A stretch of DNA of 64,000 bases, from positions 124,001-188,000 of the forward strand of contig JAQGDQ010000339.1 in the NCBI GenBank assembly GCA_030141605.1. The letters run 5' to 3'. Below are positions 46,302 through 60,700 of this stretch, one piece after another; within the stretch, counting starts at the first letter, position 1, and the number at the start of each line of letters is the position of its first letter. Position numbers and translations under genes: made by a program. The DNA comes from Tubiluchus corallicola. Lineage: Eukaryota > Animalia > Priapulida. The notes under the pieces were generated by a model that saw only the letters and a list, made by a program, of their open reading frames with translations, made no database searches and had not been told where the DNA came from.

Positions 46302-48963
46302 TCTGATTGTCTAGCTATTAAAAAGATGAAAGTAGACATAAACGATTACAGTTGTTTAAAAGCAAAGAAAAGGCAATTTTAAAGTAGTACGGCCTAAAAA
46401 AATTTCCACACAATTATTATATACTATACTAATACTTATAGTATTACTCAAAATTATATACTTATTTAGCATTACGCTTACCTGCTTGAAGGAGTTATGT
46501 AACTGCAAGAAAAAATTCTTAGCAATTTAAAGTATTCAAGTCAAATGGCCATAGTTTCACCTTCCCAGTGTGCACCACTGTCTCATCAAAAAACAGATTT
46601 TTAATCTTACTGACTATATAAAGCAATTTAGCCTTTTACTTAATTAGCAAAGAGTGTGTTACGAATGCTCTGATTATAATTTCAAACTTTACAAAATGTT
46701 ATTTAAACTTTTTTGAAACGACTTACTGTCAAAGTGGCTGCACCTAACGGTCATCATGGGAGTTTAAATCTACAAGTTTTATACAGCGTTACTGCTAATA
46801 GAAGCTCTATGCACAAATAGGCCCTAAGCGATAAATTTCAAAACAAATTTTTACAGTTTTATATAAATAAAAGGTTTTCTTGTGCTTTGTGCAAGAAATA
46901 AACTTGTGAGTTTAGTTTGAAAACTTTATAAATTATTTTTATTCCTCTGTATTTAGTTTATTTATTTGCAATTTGTGAAAACAAAATTTATGTACAGTAA
47001 AAGTGCTGAGACAACAAGTGTACAGAAGGCATAATAATAAGCATTTGAGAGATTTATACTGCTAAGTCAAATGGACACACAACAGAATATTGGGCTTGTC
47101 AGATCTTTATAAAATTAATAACACATTATTTCAGAACTCACTGTCGTACAGTTACAGCAAATACTCATTTACGGAAATCAACTTACAGAGTCCCTTGGTA
47201 CACACAATAAAAACAATGGTTATAGTAGAGTTAATATTAAAATGAAGTCGAGAATTTAAACATTTTGTTTTTTTATATATTATTTCTATTTAATAAGAAA
47301 CTTATTTAATGCACAAGAAAACCCTCAACTTACATACTGCCTTTTTGCATGCACAGCAAGCATGGGCAGTAACGCTCTATAAAACTTGTAAATTTAAACT
47401 CTCGCGATGACCACAAAGCATTCGTAGCACACACGTTACTAACTAAGTAAAATTTTAAATTACTGTATCTTGTCAAAAAGACATTTTTGATTAGTGAGTG
47501 GCGCACCTTGGAGGTGAGTCAATGACATTTTACCAATTGGCATAAGCATTTTAAATTATTTATTTCTAGTTACATGTTTAAGTTTTTCCAGCAGGTAAGC
47601 AAAATGTTAATTAACATAGATTTGCATGGAGTTTTTTGAATTTAACATTGTCTCTTCTTCTCCTGATTTACATTTGCGTAGGTAGGTTATTACGTCATGT
47701 AATGGCGACTTTGCAACAGTATTGCGGCAGACTAAAATGAAAACAAACAAAAATTCCTTTCAACGCGAGTATGATATATGAATAAAAATGCTGTAAAGTA
47801 ATATAATTTTTAAGGCGATTTTTCTGAAACCTAGTTTAGGTACCTCTTTTCCAGTCCTTTACCACTAACACTTAACAGTTAGCTGTTCTGGTTGAAAAAT
47901 AAAATCCAGAACTGATATTCACGTAGTTACAGAGTGTAAGGTTGTTGTCATCTTTACAGTCTCCAGGACATTATCCCTCATTAAAATCATTTAGTATATA
48001 ATAGGGTACGATATTTAAGGCAAACAGAATAATTAATTTATTTAGTGCAATAACGCAACACAAATTCTTATGAATCTTATCAGAGTGTTAACTCCACGCC
48101 ACATTTTTCACAGCCAGTAGTACGTCCCGTAAAACTGTACAACAACCAACGCAAAGTCTTCCATTTTAAGAAATAAAAACTGTTTTCCGTGCGGAACTTA
48201 TTATGGGAAACACAAACTTAGTAGAAGTCTTAAACAATGTACTTCGTTTTGGCAAGTTTTCACGCATTCTCAACAATATACCTCTTACTGATTATATTAG
48301 TCTTTTTACTAACTCAGTTGGCCACAGCAGCCCGCAATGTTAATAATTATTACAACTTGGTGATTATTAATAATAATCTACAACTCTGCATACTGGTTAA
48401 GGTTAATCCATCCACAATAGAGCAGAAAATGATGAAACTGCCATAATATGATCACCAGGCCCGACAAACCAATCTAACTTGTTTAAAATTTCTGCCTACT
48501 TTTAGGACCGTGTCTTATAATCAATAAAAGGAGTACTTACTACTTAGCAGTCAGCAGTACTATTAAAGTACCGAATGCACAGTATTAATACTTTAGCAGT
48601 GAGTCAATTCATTGCTTATAATAATGGCAATAATCAAGGACCTGTAAAGCTTTTAATTTGGTACTAATTAATTGCAACTGTGGTAAAACACAATCATAAC
48701 CTTAAACTGAGCTAAGTGATTATACACTAAGCGGGCAACTAAGACACACAAGCACTACAATTCACCAACTGTTAGAATCATGAGCAGACTTCATGAGCAG
48801 AGTGACAGTGAAATAATACCTGAGAATTAAGTTGAACATCAGTCTGACATTTGTTTCTAGGAGAGATAAATTGTAAGACATCATGCTAATAAAAAATATA
48901 ATAATAGCGCACGTTTAAGGTTATGCAGCATATACATGAAGAGCGGATACACTATGTATGCGT

Positions 48964-49385
48964 TAGGGGTGAGCATCGAACGTTCGAGTTCGAACGTTCG
49001 AATCGAATTCGAACGAGTTTTTTTAGTTCGAACTCGATTCGAATCCAAAACTTATAAATTCGAATAATTCAGCACTTCAATCACACATGTTCTTTATCAC
49101 TAAAACGATTGAAACATCATGCAATTAGCATAATTTTGCTGTGATTTCTGCACACAATTTTGAAGAAATTACTAGTCGTTTTATTGCAGAACAAAATCTA
49201 GTGATATGCATGATCTTTGTAAGACTAATTTTTGCTGGTGGTTCGAAAACTTCTTCGAAAATTTTTCGATCTCAATTCGAATTCGGTTCGAATTCGAAAC
49301 ACTGAAGTTCGATTCGATTCGAATTCGAAAGTCACAAATTCGGTTCGATTCGAACTCGCTTTTTGATAGAGAATGCTCACCCCTA
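48964..49385 (+). mobile_element. hAT-type MITE with TTCGAA-rich subterminal repeats
   Basis: TIRs TAGGGGTGAGCAT / ATGCTCACCCCTA; 8-bp TSD GTATGCGT / GTATACGT. Confidence 0.9.
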
Positions 49386-51026
49386 GTATACGTACATAGT
49401 TTACACATAATATTAATCTAATGAGGATGTTTTATTTTATTTATATATTGTTTTATTTCTTTTTTACTGTGCACAGCTTTTTTGATTTGTATTTTCGGAT
49501 TATGAACCACCATTTTGGTCTAATTTTGTTTGGAAGAAGAGTATTGAAAATGGAAACGACCAAGCATGAAGTGATCGCGATTTCAAAGTGATTTTACTTT
49601 ACAGAAGGCACTTATTACACTTTTATTACTAAATCCTAATATTTTCCACGAACATTAAAATTGGTTTAACCACCTGGAGGGCTTAGCCTTTCCTTTAATG
49701 GCATATTATTTCAGGTTTTTATTTTTCTATTATAATTTCAACAAGTTTACATCAGTTAAACGTCTTTATTATATAAATAATGAATTTATGTAATAAATTT
49801 AAATAAGTTTACATAAAAAGCAGATTACACATTTTCACTCAGAAGATTAAACAATGGGCATTTTCCCCGAATGTTCAAGATTTCAAATGAATGATAAAAT
49901 ATTATGAAATCAATAATTGCATAATATTTCAAAGTTTAAAAGCCTCACCATCTATATAATAATTATTATTAAAATGGCTTTCGTTATTCTCAAATAACCA
50001 CCTTGTCACAGACAGGGGTTTGCAAAAAACGTAGATTGTTTTGACCTATTATTAACAAGTCCGATAAAAAGTATGCGTGTTCTTGGAACAACCGCTTTCT
50101 TATAGCAGCTGGATTAATAACTACATGTGGTGTACTAATATCCAATTCAGACCTGTACGGTAGCGACAGCATCCTTATCTTAAGTGCGGCTAAAGCGCGC
50201 GAAAATATTAAATTTTGTCTGTTAGTCACACCCTAGTCAGGACTAGCTTAGGCGCGACTACTCTAACGGAACAAGCGCCAGAGAATGTTGTGTATGCAAA
50301 ATATACTTTAACGTAATTGTAAATGACTATAAATTATTATAGATTGTGGGAGATTAGCACTCACTTTTTAACTGACAGCTGTCTGCTGTAGTTTTGCATA
50401 CTTTTAGCCTTGATAATGCACACCTTGCTTAATATACACCAGTTAATATTGAAGCTTCTCCGAATTATTAAGAATATAAATTTAAAATAAATAAATTTAT
50501 TTATTTTCTCTAATAACTTAAGCAAGTTTATGCAATAAACATTTATAACCAAAGCAGATTACACGTTCTGACATAATAAATTAACCATTAGCATTTTGTC
50601 CGATTGTTCAGGATTTCAAATGGCTGATGAAACGTATAAAAACGTGTAATACCTTCAAAGTGTAAAAGCTTTGCTGACTAAAACGTAATATTAAAATGTT
50701 TTTATTATTGTATAATAACCACCTTGTCACAGACAAAGGGTTTGCAAAAAATCATTATAGAGTAGATTGTTTTGACTCATAGTCAAGTACGATAAAAAGT
50801 ATACGCTTGTCCAGCAAGCACCCGCTCTGTTATAGCAGCGATTGCAATAACTAGCTGTGGTGTGTTAACTTCCAATTGAAAGAACGGATTCATGCACTCT
50901 ACTAGCGACATCTTCCTTGTCTTGAATGAAACTAAGGCGGGTAAAATATTTGTTTGTTAGGCGCATCCTAGTCAGGACTAGCTTAGGCGCAACTAGGAAA
51001 GTTAAAGGAAAATAGGACGATTTTTC

Positions 51027-51298
<272 letters not shown>

Positions 51299-53889
51299 GA
51301 ACACTTTATTTCACAAACATAACATTAGCACAAATATAATTAACAAATCACAAACTTAAATAAACGACACACACAGGAACGCGTCCATACAAATACATGG
51401 CTGTTTTTAAGCATAGTTGATTAAAAATAATACAATAATTAACAAACATTATCTACGTGTATATCACATTAATATCCATCTCATTTTGAATTATGGTAAA
51501 AATGCAAAAAGCTGAATAAACACAAAGTGGAAATTTCCCAGAGATTGTCACTGAACCTAGATTTATGTCCGGGACATTTGGGAAATAAATAGGCGACGTA
51601 CACATCCTTCTAATTGTGAAATTGAATATAATTCAAAACTAATAGCTTTTCTAACATAATAATTACCATTTTTCCCTTTTTTATTATTCAGTTTGCATAT
51701 AAATAAACAGTCACATGCTTCCACATTGTCCCACTTGTTTCTACACGCAATGCACTTACATGTTTGTTAAAAGTGACCTGCTTATGACCAAATTTAAAAT
51801 TTAAATAAAATTGTAATAAGTTCCTTTATTTCGAAATAGTCGTTAATAATAATAAGAGCAATAACAAAAACATCATCATCATCATCATCTGTCGGGAAAT
51901 CGCATATATATTTCCCGAAGATAAATTTAATTTTGTGCGTCCATAAAATCGCCCCTAAATTCTCTAGCATTTTTTTCTAATTAATGAACTTTCCTTTAAC
52001 ATAGCCTTGAATGTTAAACTTAGATTTGCCCTTAGAATAGCTCTGTATGTGGGTAGTTCCAGATCATACTAGTATGTTTTGCATGAAGCCCACTATTTAG
52101 CTTAATTTATGAAGGAATGTTTAAGGCCGCTCGACATGAGCAGCCAGAACGACTCTCTTAGCTTTCACTGGCTAATAGAGCAAGTTCCTCTATAGAGGCC
52201 TATAGTACTAAATTATAGTGCACCTAAATTGAATTTATGTTATGCCTTATAAGGTGATTATTGTGCTTTAGTGCATTGTGCTACTTGTGATAATATGCTA
52301 TTCATGTAATTGGTAATATGTAAGTAAACATTTATGATAGTTAACTAACACGATATATTTGTAATGTGAGGATCAAACTATAGCTTTTGAAGTCTGTATT
52401 ATCAATTAATTGAATGAAATAATTATTTGTTTTGTTTTGGCCACATTTTAATCAAATCTTGTGTGTTTTTTGTTGTAGGTTTGTGAACATTTGAAATAGG
52501 AAGTACGAATGACTAAATAAAATGATTAAACGTTCAAAGTAGTGAGACACAAGCAATTAAAGAAATAGATATCGAGGTTTACATTGAAAATGGATAATCG
52601 CATAACCTTATCTTAACGGCAATAATAAAAATATTTATGACAGTTTCAGTCCTGTACAGATAGATCACCAGGTTAGCGTACCATAGGTTTCTCCCCTGAG
52701 TTTTATTAACATAAAAATCATATACAATAAAACGAATTTTCGATATGATCTATGGTCCCTCATTCAATCCCGGGTTTCGGAAACATATCGAAAATTTTTA
52801 TTTATTTTTATTAATATAAAAATCGTATACAATAAAACAAATTTTCGATATCTTCATCATCTACTGTATCATCAGCACCACAACCACCAGCAGTAGTATA
52901 TAGTAGTAGCAGCAGGGAAACTAAAGCAGTAGCAGCAAAGCAGCAGCAGCAGGCAATGACGACGACAACAACAAAAACAACAACGACTTCTAGGTAAAGA
53001 AATTGGTTAAAAAACGAAACTTGAAAAGGTTATGATTCAGCCCAGATTCAAATTCGCTCAGCAACCATTTGTAACGCTGCGCCATTTCATTTTTGTTTTA
53101 TACAATTGGAATACAAATAACACAGTGCTATTTGTTTGTGGCCTGCTTACAGCCAAATTAAATCTAAACAGAATTAAGATAGCCTCTGTCTTAATCCCTT
53201 TCCTTTATCATTAATAATTATGAGAAGAAATGTTAACATCATTATTATTGTCAGCAGCAACATCACAATTTAGACTTGTTTCCATAATGTTACGGTTTCA
53301 TTATGTAACATAATTTTTCCACAATGTCTATACATGGCATAATGGGTGTATTATTTCAGATTTTTATTTTTCTCTTATAACTTAAGCAAGTTTATATAAT
53401 AAATGTTTATAACCAAATGCAGATTACACATTTTGACGTAAAAAATTAAATCATTAGCAGTTTCTTTGACTTTTCACGATTTCAAATGGCTGATGAAATG
53501 ATAAAAACTTGTAATATTTTAAAGTGTGAAAGCTTTGTTAAATAAAATGTAATATTAAAATGGTTTTTATTATTTTATAATAACCACCTTGTCACAGACA
53601 AAGGGTTTACAAAAAATCATTAGAATAGATTGTTTTGACTTATATTCAAGTACGGTAAAAAGTATACGCTTGTCTAGCAAGCAACCGCATTCTTATAACA
53701 GCGGGAGCAACAACTGCCTGTGGTGTGTTAACTTTCAATTCAGGGAACGGATTTATATACTGTACTAGCGACACCTTCCTTGTCTTGAATGCACCTAAGG
53801 CGGGAAAAATATTTATTTGATAGACGCACCCTAGTCAGGACTAGTTTAGGCGCAACTAGGAAAGTTAAAGGAAAACAAGACGATTTTTC

Positions 53890-54039
<150 letters not shown>

Positions 54040-54312
54040 CACTTTATTTCACAAACATAATTAACAAATCACAAACTAAATAAATAACACACATAGGAAC
54101 GTGCCCATACAAATACATGGCTGTTTTTAAGCGTAGTTGATTAAAAACAATACAATAATTAACAAACATTATCTACATGTATATCACATTAATATCTATC
54201 TCATGTGACTTGCTTATGACCAAATTTAAAATTTAAATAAAATTGTAATAAGTTCTTTTATTTGGAAATAGTAGTTAATAACAATAAGAGCAATAACAAA
54301 ACCATCCTCGGT

Positions 54313-54395
54313 ATCATCATCACCACCATCATCATCATCATCATCATCATCATAACCACCATCACCATCATCGTCATCATTATCATCATCATCAG
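54313..54395. repeat. (ATC)n microsatellite
   Basis: Directly visible. Confidence 0.92.
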
Positions 54396-55032
54396 TAGCA
54401 GTAGCACAACTGTAGGGGATAAATTTATACTGTCATGTGCTGCTACCTTTTAGGCCTTTATGCCTTGAATGAATTTTAGGCTTAAATTTCTTAGCCTGTA
54501 CTTATATACTCAGAAGATTCAATCTGGTTTTAGGCAGAAGTCAGTAGGACAGTAGACTGTTTCACTTGTTTAGATGTTTGCTATCAGTTTTATACATAAC
54601 TTAGCCAAATTCAATGATTTGATAAATGCTTGGGACCTGTTTCTGCAGTTTTCTGATGCCTTTAAGTTTAAATGCCAGGGCTGGCCAATATACGCAAGTT
54701 TAATATTAATATTATAATTTTTTTTTGATTACTTAAAAGAGAAATTTAATTTTTATTTCATACAGCATTTTTTGCTTTACAATTGTTGTAATTTGCAAAA
54801 ATTTTGTAATTCATACCTAAATGATTTAATATTTTGAGTTAGTTCCTATTTTATAATAATCTCGTATAATCACCTCAATTTGCAAAATGCTTTGTTTTAT
54901 TTTCTCAGAATGAATAACCGTTGTCAAGCCAAGGCGGAATTTGAAGTTTTGTTTGGGACATTCCGTCAGCTACAAACATCAACACCACCAGCAGTAGTAT
55001 GATAGTAGTGGCAGCAGGGAAACTAAAGCAAT

Positions 55033-55078
55033 AGCAGCAGAACAGAAGCAGCAGCAGCAGTAGCAGTAGCAGTAGCAG

Positions 55079-55141
<63 letters not shown>

Positions 55142-55190
55142 TAGCAGTAGTAACAGCAGCAGCAGCAGTAGCAGTAGCAGCAGCAACAGC
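55033..55190. repeat. (GCA/GTA)n microsatellite; shorter paralogous tract at about 52880-52990
   Basis: Directly visible; both tracts follow GCAGCAGGGAAACTAAAGCA. Confidence 0.95.
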
Positions 55191-55821
55191 GTCCTAGGAA
55201 CTGATCGCGTTTCATAAAAACTAAAATGTAGCTTCTGCTCTCAAGCTTCAAACCAGGAAACAACTTTTACTTACAACAAAAAAGGGTTAGCGCACCACAG
55301 GCAGTTATTAGTTGGTCTTATTAATAAGAACTAAGTTTGTCTGTGCAATATATAGTAGAATTGATTCTAGCCTATTATTTTGTTTATGCTAGAATTTTTT
55401 CAACCACTTGTCTGTGACGTCGTGGTTGCTAGACAAATAAAAAACCAATGTTGCTGCTTATTTTTTATTAAGTTTAATTGATTAAGTAGGTACACTGTGA
55501 AAAATCATACATAAAATTAAACCATCGGCGCTTTGCCCGAATTGTTTACCATTTCTAATGAATGACGAAACCTGTCAAGCTTGTAATTACTACGGTATGA
55601 ACCCGAATAAGCAACAAAAATGGGTAACGAAAAATAATAAAAGTATAATGCGCAAGACGATAATAAATGTGTCTCTAAAATTAGACTGCACTAGTTGTCG
55701 CATAAGTTTCATTATCATCAGTATCAACTTGATATTTTGTGCTTGATTCTGAAATTTGCATAATTCCTGCATGTTATTTTTCCGGTAAGATAAGATAAAA
55801 AAAGATAAAATTTATTTAAAG

Positions 55822-56222
55822 TAGGGGTGAGAATTCTCTGCTAGGAATCGAATTCGAATCGAATTTGTGACTTGCGAACTCGAATCGAACCGAATTTCAG
55901 TATTTCGAATTCGAATCGAATTCGTATTGAGATCGAAAGATTTTCGAACCACCAGCAAAAATTAGTCTTACAAAGATTATGTATATCACTCGATTTTGTT
56001 CTGCAGTAAAACCACTAATAATTTGTTTTAAATTGTGAAAAGAAATCACAGCTAAATTTATGCTAATTGCAATTGTTTCGATCGTTTTAATGATAGAGAA
56101 CGTATGTGACTGAAGTGTTAATTATTCGATTCTATAGTTTTAGGTTCGAATCAAATTTGAACTAAAAATTCGTTCGAGTGGAATTCGAAAGTTTGAACTC
56201 GAACGTTCGATGCTCACCCCTA
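55822..56222 (-). mobile_element. hAT-type MITE, inverted copy of 48964-49385
   Basis: TAGGGGTGAGAAT...ATGCTCACCCCTA; the interior is the reverse complement of the 49-kb copy. No recognisable TSD. Confidence 0.88.
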
Positions 56223-57016
56223 ATCCTTTACATCCATAACATGAGCTGTTAGCTCTTTATAGACAATATTATAATAATTTACTGCTCAATCTAAAACTCA
56301 TCCTGCCTAAAATATAAACTAGTCTAAAATTACTTGCAGACACTTTGAGACAGTAGAAACCACATTCTTCACAAGAGAAAAAATAAATACAAAATTAGTA
56401 AAATATTCAAATTACACAAATTCAGCATAAAACCTAAATTAATTAGTAATAATAACATGTGCATTAAAAGCTTTTAAAATTTTTGATTAAACTTCATAAA
56501 ATCAAAGTAATGTTGCGAGAGAATTGTATGAGAACTAGTGGGTGAGTAGGAAAATATTATTTTTGAGAATTAATTGTGACAAATGATTTTTGTTTTTTCT
56601 AAATCAGTATGTTACGTAGTATTCCAGAAAAATACCCCCATGAATTGCCCTAGGGGAAAATTTTTTAGGACCAACAGAAATTTAGACAGTTCTACACAGC
56701 ATTAGCGTTAGCAACCACATCTTTGCTGACCTTTTTATGAGCATTTAATGCAGTCTAAACTAGGTTACCATATGGCTAATAATATAAAATGTTATTTTCC
56801 TGATTTAGTTGCCATGGTTGCTATTTATCTTAGCAACAGCATTGATTACCAGGTTAGATTGAAAAAAAAAACGTTTGGAAAACAGCGATTTTCATTATTA
56901 CACGTACTGACATCAAATCTTAACACATAGAAAAGGTAGCAGTTGCCATAGTAACGATGCAAAAATTGTTTACCTTAGCAACTTAGTAGAAACAACTGTA
57001 ATAGGCGGCGTTAACT

Positions 57017-57530
57017 AGCAAGAAATTAAATCTTAACGTAAGACTTCGATTATTTAATGCTTACGTTACCAGCGTATTTATGTACAACAGTGAAACTTGG
57101 AGTTTAACGATTACTCAAGAAAAAGAGATAGACACATTTTATAGAAGTTTCCTTAGGAAAGTTTTACAGATAAGATGGCCATACATGAACAAAATTGAAG
57201 ATTTATAGACCAGAACAAAAGAAATTTATTGGAGTTCAAAAGTCAAGATCCGAAGATTAAGAGGCTAGGACATCTTTTAAGATTACCAAATGAAGAACCA
57301 GTAAGAATCGCCTTAAAAGAAGCCTTAAGAACTTGTAAAAAACCACCTGGTAAACCTAAAACAACTTGGATAGCTAACACAAATAAAGATGTTCAACAAC
57401 TTCAACCAAATCTATCTTCAAGAGAAGAATTTACGCTGTTAACTGCAGATAGAAGAGGGTGGAATACTCTAATCAATGTTGATACCTCGATGCCTACAAC
57501 ACGTGGAATGAGATTGTGAAGAAAGAAATA
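57017..57530 (+). mobile_element. RTE-clade LINE 3' fragment
   Basis: LRLFNAYVTSVFMYNSETWSLT...FLRKVLQIRWP and LGHLLRLPNEEPVRIAL...KPPGKPKTTW...ADRRGW, followed by a GAA-rich tail. Confidence 0.8.
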
Positions 57531-57798
57531 TTCCCAAACGTTGTTCTGCTACTATGTTAAGTGTTGCATGCGTTATGTAGAAAATCAAGTATTTGTGGTC
57601 GCTGCTGTTAGATGGCACCATAATAAAGGCAATGGCGACTTCCAGCAAACAAGTTATTTTGTAAATTCTGAAACTGATACTGTAGTTGGGTTTGGGATGA
57701 GAGTGAGATTGAGTTACTTATTGTTCATAGTTGTTGTTTTTTAATAATGTTTTTTAACCACACTAATAATAAATTCTGTGTAATATTCAGTGAGCATT

Positions 57799-60700
57799 AT
57801 GGCATCGTGCTCAAAAATCCTGCCAACTTTATTAAGGCAAAGCTTTTACTCTCTTTATGGTTATAGAAGTTGCAGAGATTTACGTAAGCTCGAGCTTACA
57901 GTTAATAGGTAAGTTTTTGGAAAAACTTTAGCAGAGCAGTCATGTTATTGTAAAATACTAACTATTAATATTATTGTTACCGTGGATACGCTCGATCCGC
58001 TGCACCACCAGTGGCGAGCCAACAGATATCAATAAAAAGTGTCTGTTTGCGAGATCAATGACACGATCAACTTGTTTTACAAATCACACCAAATATCTTT
58101 TACGTCAACTTGCCTTTACTGTTCATTCGTCTTTAATTATAATTTTAGTTTCAACAGCTCGTTAACATACATCCTAGTCAGCAGTAATTTATCTTTGTTC
58201 CATTCACTTATATCTTGGGCAGATAAGTCCAACTTGTTGATATACACAGCTTTACATTCAAAAAGATGTCCAGTAGTATCCTCTGCTACCTGGTGTAAAG
58301 AACATTTCAGAAATGTAATAACCCCTTTATAAACAGGTCTTAAATGAATTAGGCAGTACGTAGAGCCCATATGTTTTCCAAACACACATCTGGCCGCTCA
58401 TTTCTAGCAGTAAACTCGTTCGCAATTTCTTCAGGTCGAGAGCGTCTGTTCTATCCATATGTACATGCAAAGTCATGAGATTGTTCAGTCTAGTTTGAGT
58501 CATCGTACTCCGCAAATAAGTTTTTACTCTACGCAGGGCTGAGAATGTCTAGGCACGTATGGCAGAAAAAGTGGTCCGGCCATGGCCGGACCGCCGACTA
58601 CGGCCTTGACGTAGAGCTCATTTTCGTGACATCACGCGTTTAAGCAGTACTGTAACACTTACGCAAACATGCTTGACGCGCAATGGAAGATGCCTACCAT
58701 TGTGCAAACTGTGGTTAATTTTCTCATGTAATCAATAGCTGTGTTCAGTTGCCGTTAATTAACTTTCTAAGCTAATTATTCAAATATAAGAAACAATTGC
58801 TAACTTTTATTGGCAAGAAAGGTGTATTTTGGACAGTAAATGAAAAGGCGATTGAGTCTAAACAATCGTCCAATTTTCCTTTAATAAAATTATAACTTAA
58901 TGTTTCCAAATTGCTTTTTTATCTTTTTTCCTTCTATTGTTGCTCTTTTAATTATTATTTTAGATATTTTACAACCACAATGCCAGCTTGTGCGAACTCC
59001 TGGCCGGTCAAGTACGTTTACATTGAAACCTGTGCTGCCACCTACGCTGCTCACAATCAAGTCGTTCTTGAGAACTTGCGCCAAAATGAAGAAGCCTATG
59101 ATGATGATATCCCATATTGCCCTCTTAATGTGAGCTTTAACGTAGGTTATCTTGACACAGGTAAGTATAGTGAAATGTATGCTTTTAACAAGTTTGTAAT
59201 AAGATTTAAATTTGAGGGTGACTTCATACCTGTAGCCTTGGACATTTAACGAGTAATGAAACAATTAAAATTAAATGCCATGACCTCTGTAACAGTTTAT
59301 AACACTTGCCCGAATAAAACAATCCCATTCAGAAGTCACATTGCCAGGATCGTTGTTAACTCCTTCAGGACTGTAAGAGTTTGCTGCATTTTGCACATTT
59401 GGGTTCATGAAAAACTCTTCTCACTAAGCAGCGATTACGTTATATTTGATAATTTTTGTAGGTTTCTGTTCCTCACACAAGGGATTTTCATGCAGAATTA
59501 ATTATACACGAAATGCATTTGCTTACACTAGAAAAATTAAAAATCAATTTTTGACGAAAAATTGGAAAAAGCTTTCAGTAACTGTAGTGTTTGCACTGTA
59601 ACAATGTACAATATCACTTGTGTGAAATCAGTTAATGCAGAAAATTTCAACTATCCAGACACAACACTCTGTTACACTTTGGCCTCAAGTCTACTGTATT
59701 TTTAAAAATTCCTGGTGACACGACCTTAATTTCTTCTTGGCTGATCTGTTGGCTTTTCCTGGAACTCTGTACAACAGACGGTCCTCTTGCCCTGTAGCAA
59801 CCAGATGATCAATAAAATAGTGTGTACGATCACGCAAGTGTACACCGGACTAAGCTACTCAATAGGCTAAGCTTAGAGTGCCCGAAAAAGGCATGTTGTG
59901 ACACGTATCGTGACATGTATCGTATTGTGAGGATAGTATTGTGATATGTATCACATTGTGAGGATACTATCCTGATATGTATCATATTGTGAAGATAGTA
60001 TATCGTAATATGTATCGTATTGTGACCTAGGTGTATTGTTACGGCCCTAAGTCCTGTCAACTTTGCTTAGTTTCACGAATGTTACTCTTTCATTTGTAGA
60101 AGTGACGTTGCTTATAAAATTTTCAGGAGATGTCAGAAAAGGAAATGAGAAGCCAACAATTCTTATGTTACACGGACTGCCAGGATCTCACAAAATGTTT
60201 ATCCCGATAATAGAAAAACTGGCACCACACGCTCGTGTTATAATTCCAAACTTTCCAGGTAGGTTAGATGTCGTTTTTCCTTAGCTTAACTATTTTAAAC
60301 AAAATTGGTACTAGAAAATAAGTGAAAATGTCTGAATTTGTTTTTACAATAAGTTTTTTTGGTTAAGTAATTAAGAAAAACAAGAAAAATTGTAACAACC
60401 ATTAAAGGAAAACCGGACCCAATCTTAAACTGTAGGTCAAAGCAATCTGCTTCTTAAAATATTGAAAGGAAACATACTATTTTTTCAAAAATGACTTGCG
60501 TGAAAGAATTATTACCAAACAAATACAATTTCATGTTTGTGCCAGTAGGTCTTCGGTTTACATGTATGTATTTCGCCATTTGCTACCTAGACAGGCACTA
60601 GCACCTGCATTTCGGAAGCGTGTTGCACAAAAAACAAGTGCTGTACCTCTCAGTTCAGATGTGTTCGTTTGTGATGAACTACACATGTTCCACAGCTCAT

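Noticed and set aside
45092-46314. Plus-strand ORFs overlapping STX17 and MZT1
   Set aside because: Antisense shadows of real coding sequence with no recognisable motifs.
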